Shown: positions 1 to 12,477 of the stretch, one piece after another
How the letters are laid out: the number at the start of each line of letters is the position of its first letter
Position numbering within the stretch: the first letter of the stretch is position 1
From: Octopus sinensis
Taxonomy: Eukaryota
Direction of reading: 5' to 3'
Assembly: GCF_006345805.1 (NCBI RefSeq)
Contig: NC_043013.1
Span: 17,670,001 to 17,734,000 of the forward strand
Length of the DNA: 64,000 nucleotides
Program-made: the position numbers and the translations under genes
The notes under the pieces: model-generated
Databases searched by the model: none
What the model saw: only the letters and a program-made list of their open reading frames with translations
Told to the model about the DNA's origin: nothing

Positions 1-250
1 CTAAGAACCCCAAGGAGGCATCTGAATGCTAGGAGATGGGTTAAAATATGAGGAAAAGGGCCAGGACAGGTTTCCTGTTGTAGAGGACTACTCATGTTAG
101 ACATGAAGGTGGGAGTGATCAGATGGAGCTGGAAAGAGATAATTTTAGTGATAAGATGTCTGCGTGGACCCTCAATATATGAGGTGAGTAGGGACAGGAA
201 TCAAGACTGAGGGTTAGTGAAGGTTGCATGAGTTGGTAGAAGGGAGAGTA
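1..250 (-). mobile_element. Possible degraded LINE (CR1/L2-like endonuclease) fragment
   Basis: Higher-GC intronic patch; minus-strand translation only loosely resembles APE C-terminal motifs and contains stops. Confidence 0.25.
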
Positions 251-352
251 GGTGATGACTGACTGTGCAGATATATTTATTTATATAGAATCCATGTATT
301 ACACAACAAATTTATGTATATTTCTTTTTTTTTTTTTTTTTCTTTTTCTCAG

Positions 353-425
353 TTGCAGTCATCTGCTGAAGGGAAACCCTGGTATTCGTACGTTGAAAAG
401 TCTGTCACTCCAGATCTTCTTGAGG
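353..425 (+). CDS. CCNT1: Cyclin T internal exon (73 nt)
   Basis: Poly-T tract and AG at 351-352; donor GTGAG at 426; LQSSAEGKPWYSYVEKSVTPDLLE. An alternative AG at 357-358 is possible. Confidence 0.85.
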
Positions 426-3400
426 GTGAGCATTGTGTCTTATCTTCAGTACAGCCTACAGACATCTAGCTCATGGATCTGAAATTCTGACTTATACACC
501 TTCCTATGTAAAAATCTGGTTTGTAAAAAATAGAAAACCTAGAAAACCTTTGAGCAAGTATCATAACCTCACCTTCACACTGTCTTAGCTGTAGGTTTGT
601 TCCTATTTCATAGGAAAAGCTAACAACAGTGATGTTTGAAGTGGGGGTATCTTATGATATTAGTTGCTCTTAATAGAACGTAAGTAAGCAAATGTCAGAG
701 AAATGACTTGCTGTTTATGCTTCCTTAGAAATCCGTTGTAAATAATAATGTTAGCTGTTTAATCTAATGTTTCATTATAAATTCATTTTAATTAAGTACA
801 CATAAAACTAGACGAGTAAACTCATTACTAAACTCTTGGCTAATCAAAATAATTTTGTGTTAATTGAAATTTATGAAATTGAACATTAATAACTACAGAG
901 ATAAATTCATTTTTTTAATGTTAAATTTTAAAAATTCCATTGGAAAACAAATGGAAATTAAAAGATATATTAAATGTAAAAGATTATTATTGAAGAAAAT
1001 ATTTTATTTGGGCTGTTTACTAAATATATAATGAATACTGAATTTTATGAAAAGTATATGTATTAATATGTATTTTATGGGTGTGTGGTTAAGAAATTTA
1101 CTTCCCAATCACATGTTTTGGGGTTCAGTCCCATGATGTAATACCTTGGACAAGTGTCTTCTACTATTGCTCCTGGCTAACCAAAGCCTTGTGAATGGAT
1201 TTAATTGACAGAAACTGAAAGAAGCCTGTCTTATAAGTATGTGTGTCTCCTTGTCTTGACATCATGCAATAGTTGTAAATAAGTGTCACCACCATACAAA
1301 CAGTGTCCTTTGTTTCAAATTTTTCCTGGAAACATCTGACCCTGGGAAAATATCACATTATTTGGTAACAAAGCGAGTGTTGGTGACAGGAAGGGCATCA
1401 AGCCATAGACAATTTACCTTGGTAAAATTCATGACCCATGTAGGCATAGAATAGTGGACATTAAAATGTCTCTGTTAACAAACACACACACACACACACG
1501 GGTCATTCAAATTCTAACAGTCTGAATATCACATTTTATTTTTACAATTTTACACTATCACAAGTACTTTCGTGTTTTATACCAATTTTGAGGTTAATGT
1601 TTATGTAGTAGCATTAACAAACAGCTAACATAGATATTTACTTAAAAATATTTTATAAAACTTGTACTTCTAACATTGTAAGATGGTAAAAGTATAAAAA
1701 AAAAGGCTCAAAATCAGACTGTTGGTATTTGATTAACTTGTATATTTATCAGTCAAACTCCTAAAAAGTTAGGGCATATTTTTAAATAAGAAAAATCCAT
1801 ATTACTTGTATTTCACATCATCATTTAACATGTCTCCTTTGCTGGCATGGGTTGGATAGTTTGACTGGATTCAAATGAGCCAGAGTACTTTCATCTCCAG
1901 TGTTGACTTTGGCATGGTTTCTACAGTTGGAGACCCTTCCTAAGTTTTTTATGAGGCCATCTTTTACCATTATCCTGATATTGTATTAAGGCATCTATTT
2001 TGTTGCTTTGTTAAATTCTGTCTTATTTGTCTTGTATCTTCTCTCAATCAGAGCTTACCATCGATTTCCTAGAAGTTCTTGATGGATGTCCAACTCGATT
2101 AAAGAAAAAAATCATGACTTGGAGAGTATGTATTAAAATGTACTTCTTTTACAATTGAATTTTCCACCAGTACAGGGTAAATGACCCCCAGTGTTTCATT
2201 TGAATAGTCAGTTGCTGTTTAGCCTGTACTCAGCTATGACCTAGCAAACCCATAACCAAAGATGTCCCAACCATAATCATTGTCTCTTGTTAGATATTGT
2301 GCATATGATTACATTATCAAATGTCTCCCTCTTATATTTTCTTTTTAAAGTCAACAATGAAAGACTTGTAGATTTGACTGTTATTGCTTGCATGAACTCA
2401 ATAGGTTCTGTTTATTTTAGTTGATGAATTGATTAGCAATGCATGTTCTGCTCAAATTTCACTGAGGTTGACTTGGCTTTTCAACCATCTGAAGATGCCA
2501 AAAAAGGACCGAGTTTAACCTTGAAGGCAGTGTGGCCACAGTCCAATGACTAAAACCACTCAGTAATTAACAATACCATTATCTACAGTATTTGGTCGTT
2601 TTGTAGATTTTCATAGCTTGTGATAGTTTTATCACCACCAGCTTCTAATTCAAGTAAATTTATTAAGTTAATCAATCATGTGTGAGAGAGAGACAGTAAG
2701 TAAATCAATGGTCTGTGTGTGTAAATTTCAGTTAATCAGCTGGGTATGTGTATGGGTGGGGTGAATTTAAGTAAATCAGCTGACTACTCAAAGCTAATGG
2801 TTAGTTTCTTGTCGGGGTGGAAGGTTAAGAATTTCTTGACTCTGAATCTTTTGATATATCTCTTGTGTTACTTTTGAGAGTTTAAATGTTGTATTTGTTT
2901 ATTTGTAGTCTGGTCGAGATAAAGATGATGATAAAGACAAGGATGGACCACCTGAAAAGAAAAGTCGTCTTGATATACGAGGAACGTCTAATTCTACAGC
3001 CATTGGTAGCAGTCCTGGTCCATCTGCCGAAAGCGATTTCACGAAGGAACGCTTGAACATTGCCTCTTCGCCTTCAGACCGGAAGGTCCGCTTCAAGGTG
3101 GAAACCCCTGTGAAAGTACTATCACAGTCTGAAAAATCTAGTTTTCCATTGGACTCTACTGCTGTTGGTGTTCCTGGAGTTCCAGCAACACATGCAGCAG
3201 CTTCTGCTGCTGCTGCTGCTTCAGTTAGTAGCAGCAGTAGTAGTAGTAGTAGTAGTAGTAATCCAAAACTTGATCAAAGAAAAAAGATGCACAAAAGTTC
3301 TGTGCCACGTGCAGATTCTAAGTCCTTATCTGATAGACATTCACACATTGTGCGTCCCCATCAGAATGCACCTCTGAAACTAACTATAAAAACTCCCATT

Positions 3401-4132
3401 CCTCCGTGTGATGGTGAGGCTAAATTACCCGGGTCTAGCCAAGTGTCTGGCAAATGGAGCAATCAAAACCGATTAAAACTTGATAACCATACGGGTTCAG
3501 CAAATGTTAGCATGAAACAACTACACAATAGTAAGGTGGACTATCCCCCCTTAGACCGTATGAAAGATGTGAACCATATGGTTAACATGAAGGGTCATAT
3601 AGACCCCTATTCACAGAAATCAGTGACAGGCAGAATCGATCCCATGCTACAGAGCTCAGCTACTTCTAGTAAGTCACATTTTAATCCAAATAATGCTTAC
3701 CCCGTTGTAAACCCTTCTTGCACTTCAAATGATGTACAGTTTGATTCGACATATAGGAACTCTGCTCGAAGACAGAAAGTGTGTGATACATCTCAGACAC
3801 CTTACAAAAGTGGATCCAAACAGCAACAGTTGTCTGCATCGCAATCATTACGCTATAACTCTTATTGTCAAGGTTCAGATTTAAGGCTGGACAATGAAAA
3901 ACTAATCGGACACAACCTAGAGTCTAATGGAAGCGGGCTGTCTAACTTGCACTCTTCTCAGGCATTAACAAACCCTCTCCCCTCTTCTGTTACACTTGCC
4001 TCAGCTTCAAATGCCACAGGTGGACAAGAACAATTTGGTGAACTACAAATGCAGATACAGCAGTTAATAGATATACAGAAAAAAAATATTCGAGAACATA
4101 GGCAGAAATATACCATGGATCTGCACAAATGA
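353..4132 (+). CDS. CCNT1: Cyclin T (P-TEFb cyclin), 3' part; join(353..425,2052..2125,2909..4132); 5' exons lie upstream of the window
   Basis: AG/GT-bounded exons with matching phases (0/1, 1/0, 0/stop) splice to LQSSAEGKPWYSYVEKSVTPDLLEELTIDFLEVLDGCPTRLKKKIMTWRSGRDKDDDK. This aligns with the end of the cyclin T cyclin box as I recall it ([43 protein letters not shown].NWR). A long low-complexity tail follows. Pro-ortholog of CCNT1/CCNT2. Confidence 0.9.
1078..1465 (+). mobile_element. tRNA-derived SINE family B, older copy in a CCNT intron
   Basis: GGGTTCAGTCCC B-box-like motif followed by CCTTGGACAAGTGTCTTCTACTAT; homologous to 24898-25279. Confidence 0.7.
2052..2125 (+). CDS. CCNT1: Cyclin T internal exon (74 nt)
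   Basis: CAG at 2049-2051; donor GTATGT at 2126; the only open frame is (E)LTIDFLEVLDGCPTRLKKKIMTWR. Confidence 0.87.
2909..4132 (+). CDS. CCNT1: Cyclin T terminal coding exon
   Basis: TTTGTAG acceptor ends at 2908. The frame is open from 2909 to TGA at 4130-4132 and contains the ORF-track entry 3053..4132. Confidence 0.88.
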   Translation, partial: SGRDKDDDKDKDGPPEKKSRLDIRGTSNSTAIGSSPGPSAESDFTKERLNIASSPSDRKVRFKVETPVKVLSQSEKSSFPLDSTAVGVPGVPATHAAASAAAAASVSSSSSSSSSSSNPKLDQRKKMHKSSVPRADSKSLSDRHSHIVRPHQNAPLKLTIKTPIPPCDGEAKLPGSSQVSGKWSNQNRLKLDNHTGSANVSMKQLHNSKVDYPPLDRMKDVNHMVNMKGHIDPYSQKSVTGRIDPMLQSSATSSKSHFNPNNAYPVVNPSCTSNDVQFDSTYRNSARRQKVCDTSQTPYKSGSKQQQLSASQSLRYNSYCQGSDLRLDNEKLIGHNLESNGSGLSNLHSSQALTNPLPSSVTLASASNATGGQEQFGELQMQIQQLIDIQKKNIREHRQKYTMDLHK

Positions 4133-4958
4133 TGATGATGAGTTTATAATTGTTCCAGCTAAACTTTGCCCTAATAAATTTTAAATCTAGGTCTTTCTCT
4201 TTACACAGCCTGTTTCTTCAATCACCATCAATAAATATTCTTAAGGGAACAGCAGGGTCTTTTTTTTTTTTTTGTAATGTATTCATATATTTACATATGG
4301 ATGGATGTATGGATATATGTAGTCAACAGTTGTACATATTAAGTTTAAGCCTGAACATAGATAGCCAACACAACAGAGAAGAGATGGAGGAATGAGCGCC
4401 AGATGGACGTTTTTTCCCTCCCCTCCCTCCATTTTTTTTACTTGTGTTTTATCTTCATTTCACACATCTAATGTATACATAGTCAATGAACAACTGTAAT
4501 TTAATTACTAATTTCTACACTTACGGAGCAGTTCATTACTTCCTACTTTGGTTGATTGGTCTGTCTGCTTTTGACTGCGTCTCTTCGATTTTTTTTTTTT
4601 TTTTTTTTTGTGTGTCTATAGATTTTTAAGTATATTTTAACTAATTTTTATCAGTGACTTTTAAATCTGTAAAAATCTAATGCAGCAACATTAATTTGAT
4701 GGTAGATGCAAGCTGTACCATTAGGTTCTTTTTTTTTTTTTTTCTTTCTTTTCTTTTCTTTGCCAAGTCGAAACATGTAGTACTTTCTTCTAAAAGTAGT
4801 TTTTTTTTTTGCTTCCTCTTCAATTTCAATTTTTTTTTTCTTGTCCACCTTGAGACTTCGATTACAGTAGTTTTGTGTGTGTGTATACATATATGTATGT
4901 GTGTGGGTATTTTGTGTGTGTGTGTGTATATATACACGTATGTATGTGTGTGTGAATA

Positions 4959-5771
4959 AGGTGGTCTGATCCAATAAGTATCTGGACTGTTGCCATAGTA
5001 ACAAAGCTAAAGCATGCAGAGTGAAGCCGCTTGGCATAGATTGATCTAGAATTCTGCTGTGCATGTGCACTAAGTTTTAACGTTCTAGCTCACTTCCACT
5101 GTTTACAGCAGTGCTTGGAAGGAAGGTGTGTAGTATGATTGTTGCATTGACCATGACGGAGAAAGTTGAGCAGAGACCTCTGCACAGTTTTCATTGTTTT
5201 TGATACAATCAAGATCTTGTGCTACTGAAACCTGAGTGTCGTTTTGGTCAGCTGAAAGCAATTTTGGCAAAAAACTTGACAGACATGTGTCTTATACCCA
5301 AATCTTCAGTGATAATGGACTGAACTGTAACTAATCCGCACATCCACGGATGGTGATTTGACAATCTGCCCTCAGCTGCACGCACATCTGAAATGCTTTT
5401 CTCAGTTCTGCTGGTTGTGGGTCCCCCAGGACTCTTGTCAATACCAACTTTTTCGGCCATCATGGAAACTTCTGGACCACTCGTACACGTGTGTGCAGCT
5501 CATACACTCCTCTCCATACACTTTCTGCAGCTTTGAGTAGGCCTCTGAGCAGGCATCATCATGCCAACTTTCTGTCATAGTCAATACAACGATCACATGC
5601 TACACACCTTCCTTCCAAGCACTGCTGTAAGCAGTGGAAGTTAGCTAGAATGTTAAAACATTGTACACATGTACAGCAGAGTTCAAGGTCAGTCTGTGCC
5701 AAGTGGCTTCACCCTGTGTGCTTCAGCTTCGTTACTATGACAACAGTCTGGATACTTATTGATCAGACTTA
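4959..5771 (-). mobile_element. Internally deleted mariner element with about 210-bp inverted arms
   Basis: 4961-5170 is the reverse complement of 5560-5770 (similar, not identical), with TA-containing flanks. The minus strand reads SEAYSKLQKVYGEECMSCTHVYEWSRSFHDGRKS and VQSIITEDLGIRHMSVKF, which are mariner N-terminal HTH motifs. Confidence 0.85.
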
Positions 5772-6221
5772 TACACAAACACATACATAGATTAAACTAG
5801 TCTTATTTCTTTTAAATTGAAAAACAAAAGGTTAATCACGCTTTAACCTTTAAAATGTGAAAAAAAGATTTTTTGTTTTTGTATTGAATTTTATTTTAAA
5901 ATGTGTGACTAAGTACTAGAAATATTTTAAAAATTGTATTTATAAGGAGCATCTTAATGTTTGCTCTTGTTAGTCTGCCTAGTTAATTATCATAGGGTCT
6001 CGTTTTGGAGGACTGAATCCTGATTGGGACTTTCTAACCATTTTCTTCTGAATTTACCTTTTCCTATTTCTAAATATAAAATAAGATATTTAGACAGCAT
6101 ATTTAGAAATATAAAGTGTGTGGGACAGAGAAGGCACTAAACGAATTCCATGTTTTATGAACTAACTCATTAGTTTTCAAAATCATTTACAGAATAATAA
6201 TGCACTATGTACGTATATGTA

Positions 6222-6283
<62 letters not shown>

Positions 6284-8296
6284 TAGAAAGAAAGTTAAAG
6301 GTAGTGTGTTCACTCCCTGATTGGTTTTGCTGGTAGACCTGATATTTATTAAGGGTTTCTGTGTGTATGAAATAGATGTGAGCTGTTCATACTGTGTTGT
6401 TTTACTCCTGTAAACACTATTTACATTAGTATATTGTGTGGTTGCTATTGAATGTATAGTAAAATGTTGCATCATTGATCACCAAGAAGTCTTTGATGCT
6501 GGCATTCATTATACTATGCTGCATAGTTACTTCAAGTTTGCTTTTAACTGCTGATATGACTCCAGTGTTTCAAGAATAGAAAAAAAGAAATGGTTTTTAT
6601 TCCTCCCCGCCTCCATCCCTCCGCAATCTTTCTCAACTTTACTAATAATTTGCATTTACTTTATTTATGTCATTGTAAAGAAATTCTATTTTGAAATTTT
6701 CCAAGCTTTATCTCAGTTTAAACCAAATTCCATAGTTTTCCTCGGTAGTGCTTTATAAACCATTTTGATACCAACCCACTTGAGATCACCCCCAGGCTCC
6801 ATGATACAAATCTCCCGTTCTGAAAATGATCTAAATTGCAGCCTATCTTTGAAACTCTGTTAATTTAGGTTCCAAGCAATCAGCTCAAATAATGACAAAA
6901 GTTCTTTTATTAAATTCTTCACTATTTTCAAAAATGTAAAACAAAGGCAGTGTAGAAGTATATAGTAGTAGTGACAAAAGGGTCCCAAGGTATTATTTCC
7001 CCCTCCCCTTTTTTCTCCTGGTATTTACATCCCTTCCCTTTTACTCTTCTGAAAGGAATTATTTTGAAGTTGCTAATTCTGTTTTCTTAGATCTCAATGG
7101 TGCTACTTGAGTGACTTCCCCTTGAATGTCATGATAGCCCTTCCTCTCGGTGTCCTGATTAAAATTTATTTCTCTTTCTCTGTATGTTGATCATTGTTTT
7201 GTTTTCATAATCTGTAATAATCCTTCGTTGAAGACACTTAGGTATCATTGTGTTGCATGACCATCTGTTGTTGCTGTTGCTGCTATGCAGTAGTGGTGGT
7301 AGTGACAGAGGGTAGAGGGGTGGGATTGTCTTTTAATTTTATTTATCCTCTTTTACTAGAGACAAAAATGATGTGGAGCGTTTTGACTGCGCAAATGTAT
7401 CACAAAGAAAAAGACCCTTCATTGTTAATGAGAGAACATTCAAAACAGATCACATACCTTGATATTGTAGTAAAATTACCTTTTAGATTTTTAATTAAGG
7501 TGAATGAGTTAAAAGTTAACATTTTTGTTTGTGCTGGTTACGAGTGAATTGGGTTTTGAATAAGTAAAATAAGTACCAGTTGAACACTGGGGTCGATGTA
7601 ATCGACTTAACCCCTCCCCCCAAAACTGTCTCCAGTTGAAGTTAATTAAACTAAAGAAACAGTTGAGTGAATCTCAAAGTGTTGGGATTGTTTTCAGAGA
7701 AAATTGATTACATATATGTGATTGGTTATATATGGTCTGTGTGTGTATGTATATATATATATATATGTATGCAATTGTTTTCAGAGAAAACTGGCTATAT
7801 ATAATAATGTTCTTGTGTATAACACCACATAGATCTGTTCTGTTATGAATATTATTTCTTTCTCTATCTAATGTTGGGATTGACTGGCTTTAGTTTAGAA
7901 AAACCATCTGCTGAGGTGCGGCATAGCTTACTGAATTGTTGATGTTCACTATCTTAAAATCTCAATGTAAGTTGTTTGGACTGACCACCTTTCATACAGA
8001 GGTGGTTTGTCTTGGTAAAATTTTAGTGACAACACCATTTATGTCAAATGTCATCTGGCTTGGATAATTTATCAAATTAGGATTAGCTTGTAATGTCATG
8101 TGATGTCTATTGATTCTTCTAATATATGATGGTACTGGTATGTCTGGAACTCTGTTTGGAAACTTGCTCCCAAAGGACCTCTGCCTTATATACGGTTGGC
8201 GTTTCATGAGTTAATGTTTAGTTTATGATGAATTCTAGCAGGGACCCACAAAACCATGTCTCCCTTTCTGTCTCTTTGTGACACACACACACACTC

Positions 8297-8350
<54 letters not shown>

Positions 8351-9879
8351 AATATTGGGTTATTTCATTCCATAACAGAAAATTTCAGTTATTTCCATTT
8401 ACAGAATAAAAACCCTGTGGCTTTACAAGTTATGTCCCTAGCATTTTAGTTTTTGCAAGATAAAGCTCTCTATCAATAAGTTGCAATTTTATTTCCCCTA
8501 AATATCTTATAGTATCTGGCTTCATTTTACTCTTTCAGTTGTCTCCAGTGTTTTGGTTATTAACTGGCAGAATCATTTGAACATCAGAAAAAATACCTAG
8601 TGGTATTTGCGCCAGTTCTGTATATTCTGAGTTCAAAAGCCCTGCTAAAGTCAATTTTGCCTTTTATCCCTCCAGGATTGAAGGTATTGACTAAACTTCT
8701 CTTCTCACAATTACTGAACCTTGTTCCTAAAATACAACAATGTTATTTATTAAGGTAGCGAGCTGGCAGAATCATTAGCGTGCCAGGCGATATGCTTAGC
8801 AGCATTTTGTCCGTCCTCACCTTCCAAGTTCAAATTCTGCTGAGGTCAATTTTGCCTTTCATCCTTTCAGGGTCAATAAATTAATTACCAGTGAAATACT
8901 AGGGTCAATGTAATCAACTAGTCCTTTCTCCCAAAAGATTATTATTAATATTATTATTATTATTATTATTGATAAAGTACTAGTCAAGTACTGGGGATAA
9001 TTTAATCGACCTACTCCCCCACTTCAAAATTGCTGGCCTTGTGCCAAATTGGAAAAAAATGGCTATTGTTATTCTCTTATATCTAGTGTATGCTACATTA
9101 GTTAGCAGCAATATTTCTTGAGGTTTGGTGACAAGTCTCCTCAAATCTCAAGAATCTTAGCAATCTTACCTGGCAGAATGCAAAATTGCACTTTTCTGCA
9201 GGTCTACAAAACTTCTCTCAATTCCACTATTCTTCAGTCTCTGCAATTAGGGTGTTGGCCAAGTGCACCAGTTACCACATAAGCAAGTGCCACTCTTCTC
9301 TTCCACAATCTCTTAATCTCTCTGGCTATCTCCTGATATTTCTCAATTTCTTTGATATCTGCTTTATCATCATATGATTGCAAAGTTTGTGTATGTTTGT
9401 TGTTTGTCCTCTACAATCATTCTAGTCTTCTTGTTTCAATAGTATGGTCAGTCGTTTTGGAGAAATCCTGTAATTATTACTCACCCTTTGGCTTGTGTTC
9501 ATACCGTTTTTCTGTCACTTTGCATCATCATCATTGTAATTGCTATTCAGTGTTGATAAAACAAGTACCAGTCAAGCACTGGGGGGCAATGTATTCAACT
9601 AAACCCAACCCCCAAAATTTCAGGTCTTCTAGAAAGAGTTATTATTATTACAACTAGCGTCACTGAAGACTGGCAAGAACATCAGTTCCGTTTCAAATCC
9701 TTGCTTAATTACAATTACACTTCAACACAGCATTTTTTAAATTCCAGATTATAGGGTTTCAGTAGAGAGAGGTTTGTTATCTCAACTAATCATAATGTTT
9801 GGAAAATGATTTTTTTTTAAAAATTGTTTTTGTCATAAAATGTGATTAACGAATATAATTAATTCTCTGTGAATATATC

Positions 9880-10095
9880 TTTAGCATTGTTGTTTGTTTC
9901 ACCTTAACTGAGCAGGCAGACCTACAATCAAAAGCATTCTGGCTATGGCCATCCTGTCTTTTATTCCGGGTTAGTTTATCTAGGACTACATCCATTAGTG
10001 TCCTTTCCTTAAGTTGAAAGAGATTAGACTGCTATTTCTAGCAGATTGAACAGGTATATAGCAGCACCCTTACACATAGGCTTGTCAGCTTTAAG
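9880..10095 (-). mobile_element. Old SINE-like family D (CTGCTAGAAATAGCAGC core; CTGACCTGGGGCTAAACAACAAC tail)
   Basis: Diverged copies recur at about 11915-12135(-), 20010-20215, 22090-22260, 24240-24360, 31225-31420, 31745-31860, 40130-40280, 51050-51245 and 59215-59400. Boundaries are approximate. Confidence 0.65.
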
Positions 10096-10307
10096 GTTAT
10101 TATTTGTGTGGCCAAACTGGAGCACTAACTTCAGTAGATGATTTTAAAATTATATTCTAGGTTTTCATCAAATTGACAGTTGTTAGATAACAACATTGTT
10201 AATGAGTTGTCTGGCTTTATTTTAAGAAGTCTTGGATTTTTGATTTTGATGTGTTTTTATAGAAAGTATAAAAAGGCAGGGTCTTATTTGGTGTGTGTGT
10301 ATATATA

Positions 10308-10518
10308 TATTTCTTTATTGTCCACAAGGGGCTAAACATAGAGGGGACAAACAAGGACAGACAAAGGGATTAAGTCGATTACATCGACCCCAGCGCGTAA
10401 CTGGTACTTAATCTATTGACTCCAAAAGGATGAAAGGCAAAGTCGACCTCGGCGGAGTTTGAACTCACAACGTAACGGCAGATGAAATATGGCTAAGCAT
10501 TTTGCCTGGCGTGCTAAC
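10308..10518 (-). mobile_element. SINE family A (about 230 bp)
   Basis: Reverse complement of the consensus seen at 28751-28984 and 42543-42776. Confidence 0.85.
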
Positions 10519-10854
10519 ATGTGTGTGTATATATATAGTCTTCATGGATGGATCTATTTATAATGGTTGGGGGAGTATGTTGTCTTTATGAAGAACAATG
10601 TTGCTTTATTGTTACATAGAATTATTTTTATTTTAAATATATTTGAATGTCTTTTAACAAAAAGAAATATTTGAATATGATCTGCTGATTGATTTCTGCA
10701 TGCCAAAATTGTCTTTGAATTCAATTTCTTCTCTAGCCAGCACTAAAGACAACAGTCATTTATGACGATGTTGGTGATGTCCATGTGAAGGAAGGGAGAG
10801 ATGAGGTGTAGGATTGAGATAGAATCAATCTTATTATTTTAGATGGTGATGAGG

Positions 10855-11070
10855 CAGCAGCCTGCCAGAACTGATAGCAAGATGGACAGAATGCTTAGCA
10901 GTATTTTGTCCATCACTATGTTCTCTGTTCAAATTCTGCCAATGTCAACTTTACCTTTCATCCTCTCAGGGTCCATAAAATAAGTACCAGTTGAACACTG
11001 GGGTCGATGTAATCGACTTAACCCCTCCACCCAAAACTGCTGCCCTTGTGGCAAAATTTAAAACCATTGT
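10855..11070 (+). mobile_element. SINE family A, diverged copy
   Basis: GTTCAAATTCTGCC...CCTTTCATCC...TAAGTACCAG...GGGGTCGATGTAATCGACTTAACCCC. Further degraded copies lie at about 8560-8700, 8752-8935, 20320-20830(-), 23730-23935, 36540-36680(-), 46760-46990, 52370-52490(-) and 52530-52720. Confidence 0.75.
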
Positions 11071-12413
11071 TTTAGATGGTGATGATGATGATGATGCTCA
11101 GCCTTTTCTTTTACTTTAGCTGTAGTGGAAAACTTAGAGGATAATATTAGACTTAGCTGATTTAGTACTTTGAGTAAACTCCATGGACATTGCATCTAAT
11201 TGTCACCATGTTGATGTGAATCTTTAAATATGAATTCTTGCTCCTGTGAAAAATCAGGAATTTTTAAAACAAGACAAAACAAAAACAAATAATTTAAAGC
11301 CCCTTTTTTTGTTTCTAATTTCTCACCTTCTCTCTCAGTCCAGGTTGAATGGTCTGGAATGAAGATATTTTGGTCCAACTTATTTATAGACGGTGTATTT
11401 TTTTTTTACAGTTTTTTTCTTTTTCTTTCCAACTTTAGTAACCGAGAGTCACAGACTCTTACATTTGTGCTTGTCATTTGTAAAAGACTCATTATGAAAA
11501 TTTGATTTCTTAATTAGTAGCAGTCATAATTGTTTAGAAAGAGAACAGACAACAAATAGTGGAAGATCAAAGTAAATATTTTGTAAATATTTACTTTTAA
11601 TTCTTCTCTGTTTGCTGGGGTTGACACAGCATTTCATCCATTTCAGATCAACAATACTTTCCAATGCTACAAACTAATGGGAAACATTTCTTAATTCCAC
11701 AATGTTCTTGCTGTTAGGGTGTGAAATGTACCTGCTGGTGGTACTTTAGATAATCAAATTATTGAAGCTATGGCATCAATGTAGCTGCATTGGTATTTCA
11801 GGATGTGAATTACTGAACCACCATCAGTCTGACATCCTATTGTACAATTGTTTTTGTTATAAATTCTAATTAGTTAACGTAATTAATTCTCCATGGATTT
11901 AGCTTTAATGTTATTTTACCCTGACTGAGCAGACATGGCTATGTCAAAGATATTCCTGCCATGACTATCCCAGCTTATATTCAGGCATATTTCATCTAGG
12001 ATTACATTATCCTTTGTCCTTCTTTCCTTAGGATGGAATGCTGTAATTTGAATGAGATTAAACTGCTATTTCTTGCAGGCTAATCAACCACATAGTGGCA
12101 CCCCCACTCATAGACTTACCACCTTTAAGGTTATTTGTTATTGTGATGTTGGTGATTATTCATTTAGGCGCTCCTTTGTGGCTAATTAGCTGTTACAGTT
12201 TCTCCTGGAGCTCACTACTGCATTCATTTAATATTCTTCCTCGAGCCCCTTAAGCCCCTTGCCCCTGAACTTCTCTTATGCCAGACAGTTGCTAAAACTT
12301 TTATTATGGACTGATTGCATGTACTTTGTAACAGCTTTCCAAACTAAGAAAACCTCTTTGAGATGTTTCAATGTAAGCTTAATGCCTCACTGAATCAGAG
12401 AAGAAAACCATAG

Positions 12414-12414
<1 letters not shown>

Positions 12415-12471
<57 letters not shown>
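12415..12471. repeat. (AT)n microsatellite
   Basis: Long pure TA run. Other (AT)n, (CA)n and (GA)n runs lie at 6220-6280, 8280-8350, 12985-13027, 15660-15705, 18488-18535, 42240-42302 and 48110-48148. Confidence 0.95.

Positions 12472-12477
<6 letters not shown>

Noticed and set aside
3165-3377. 70-aa ORF with poly-L/V runs
   Set aside because: Alternate frame of the (GCT)n/(AGT)n repeats within the cyclin T exon.
4651-5070. 139-aa and overlapping ORFs rich in K, T and H
   Set aside because: Translations of poly-T and (TG)n tracts plus a mariner arm.
7992-8207. 71-aa minus-strand ORF (NRVPDIPVPSYIRR)
   Set aside because: Loosely resembles a CR1-like ORF2 C-terminus; no splice or homology support for a gene.
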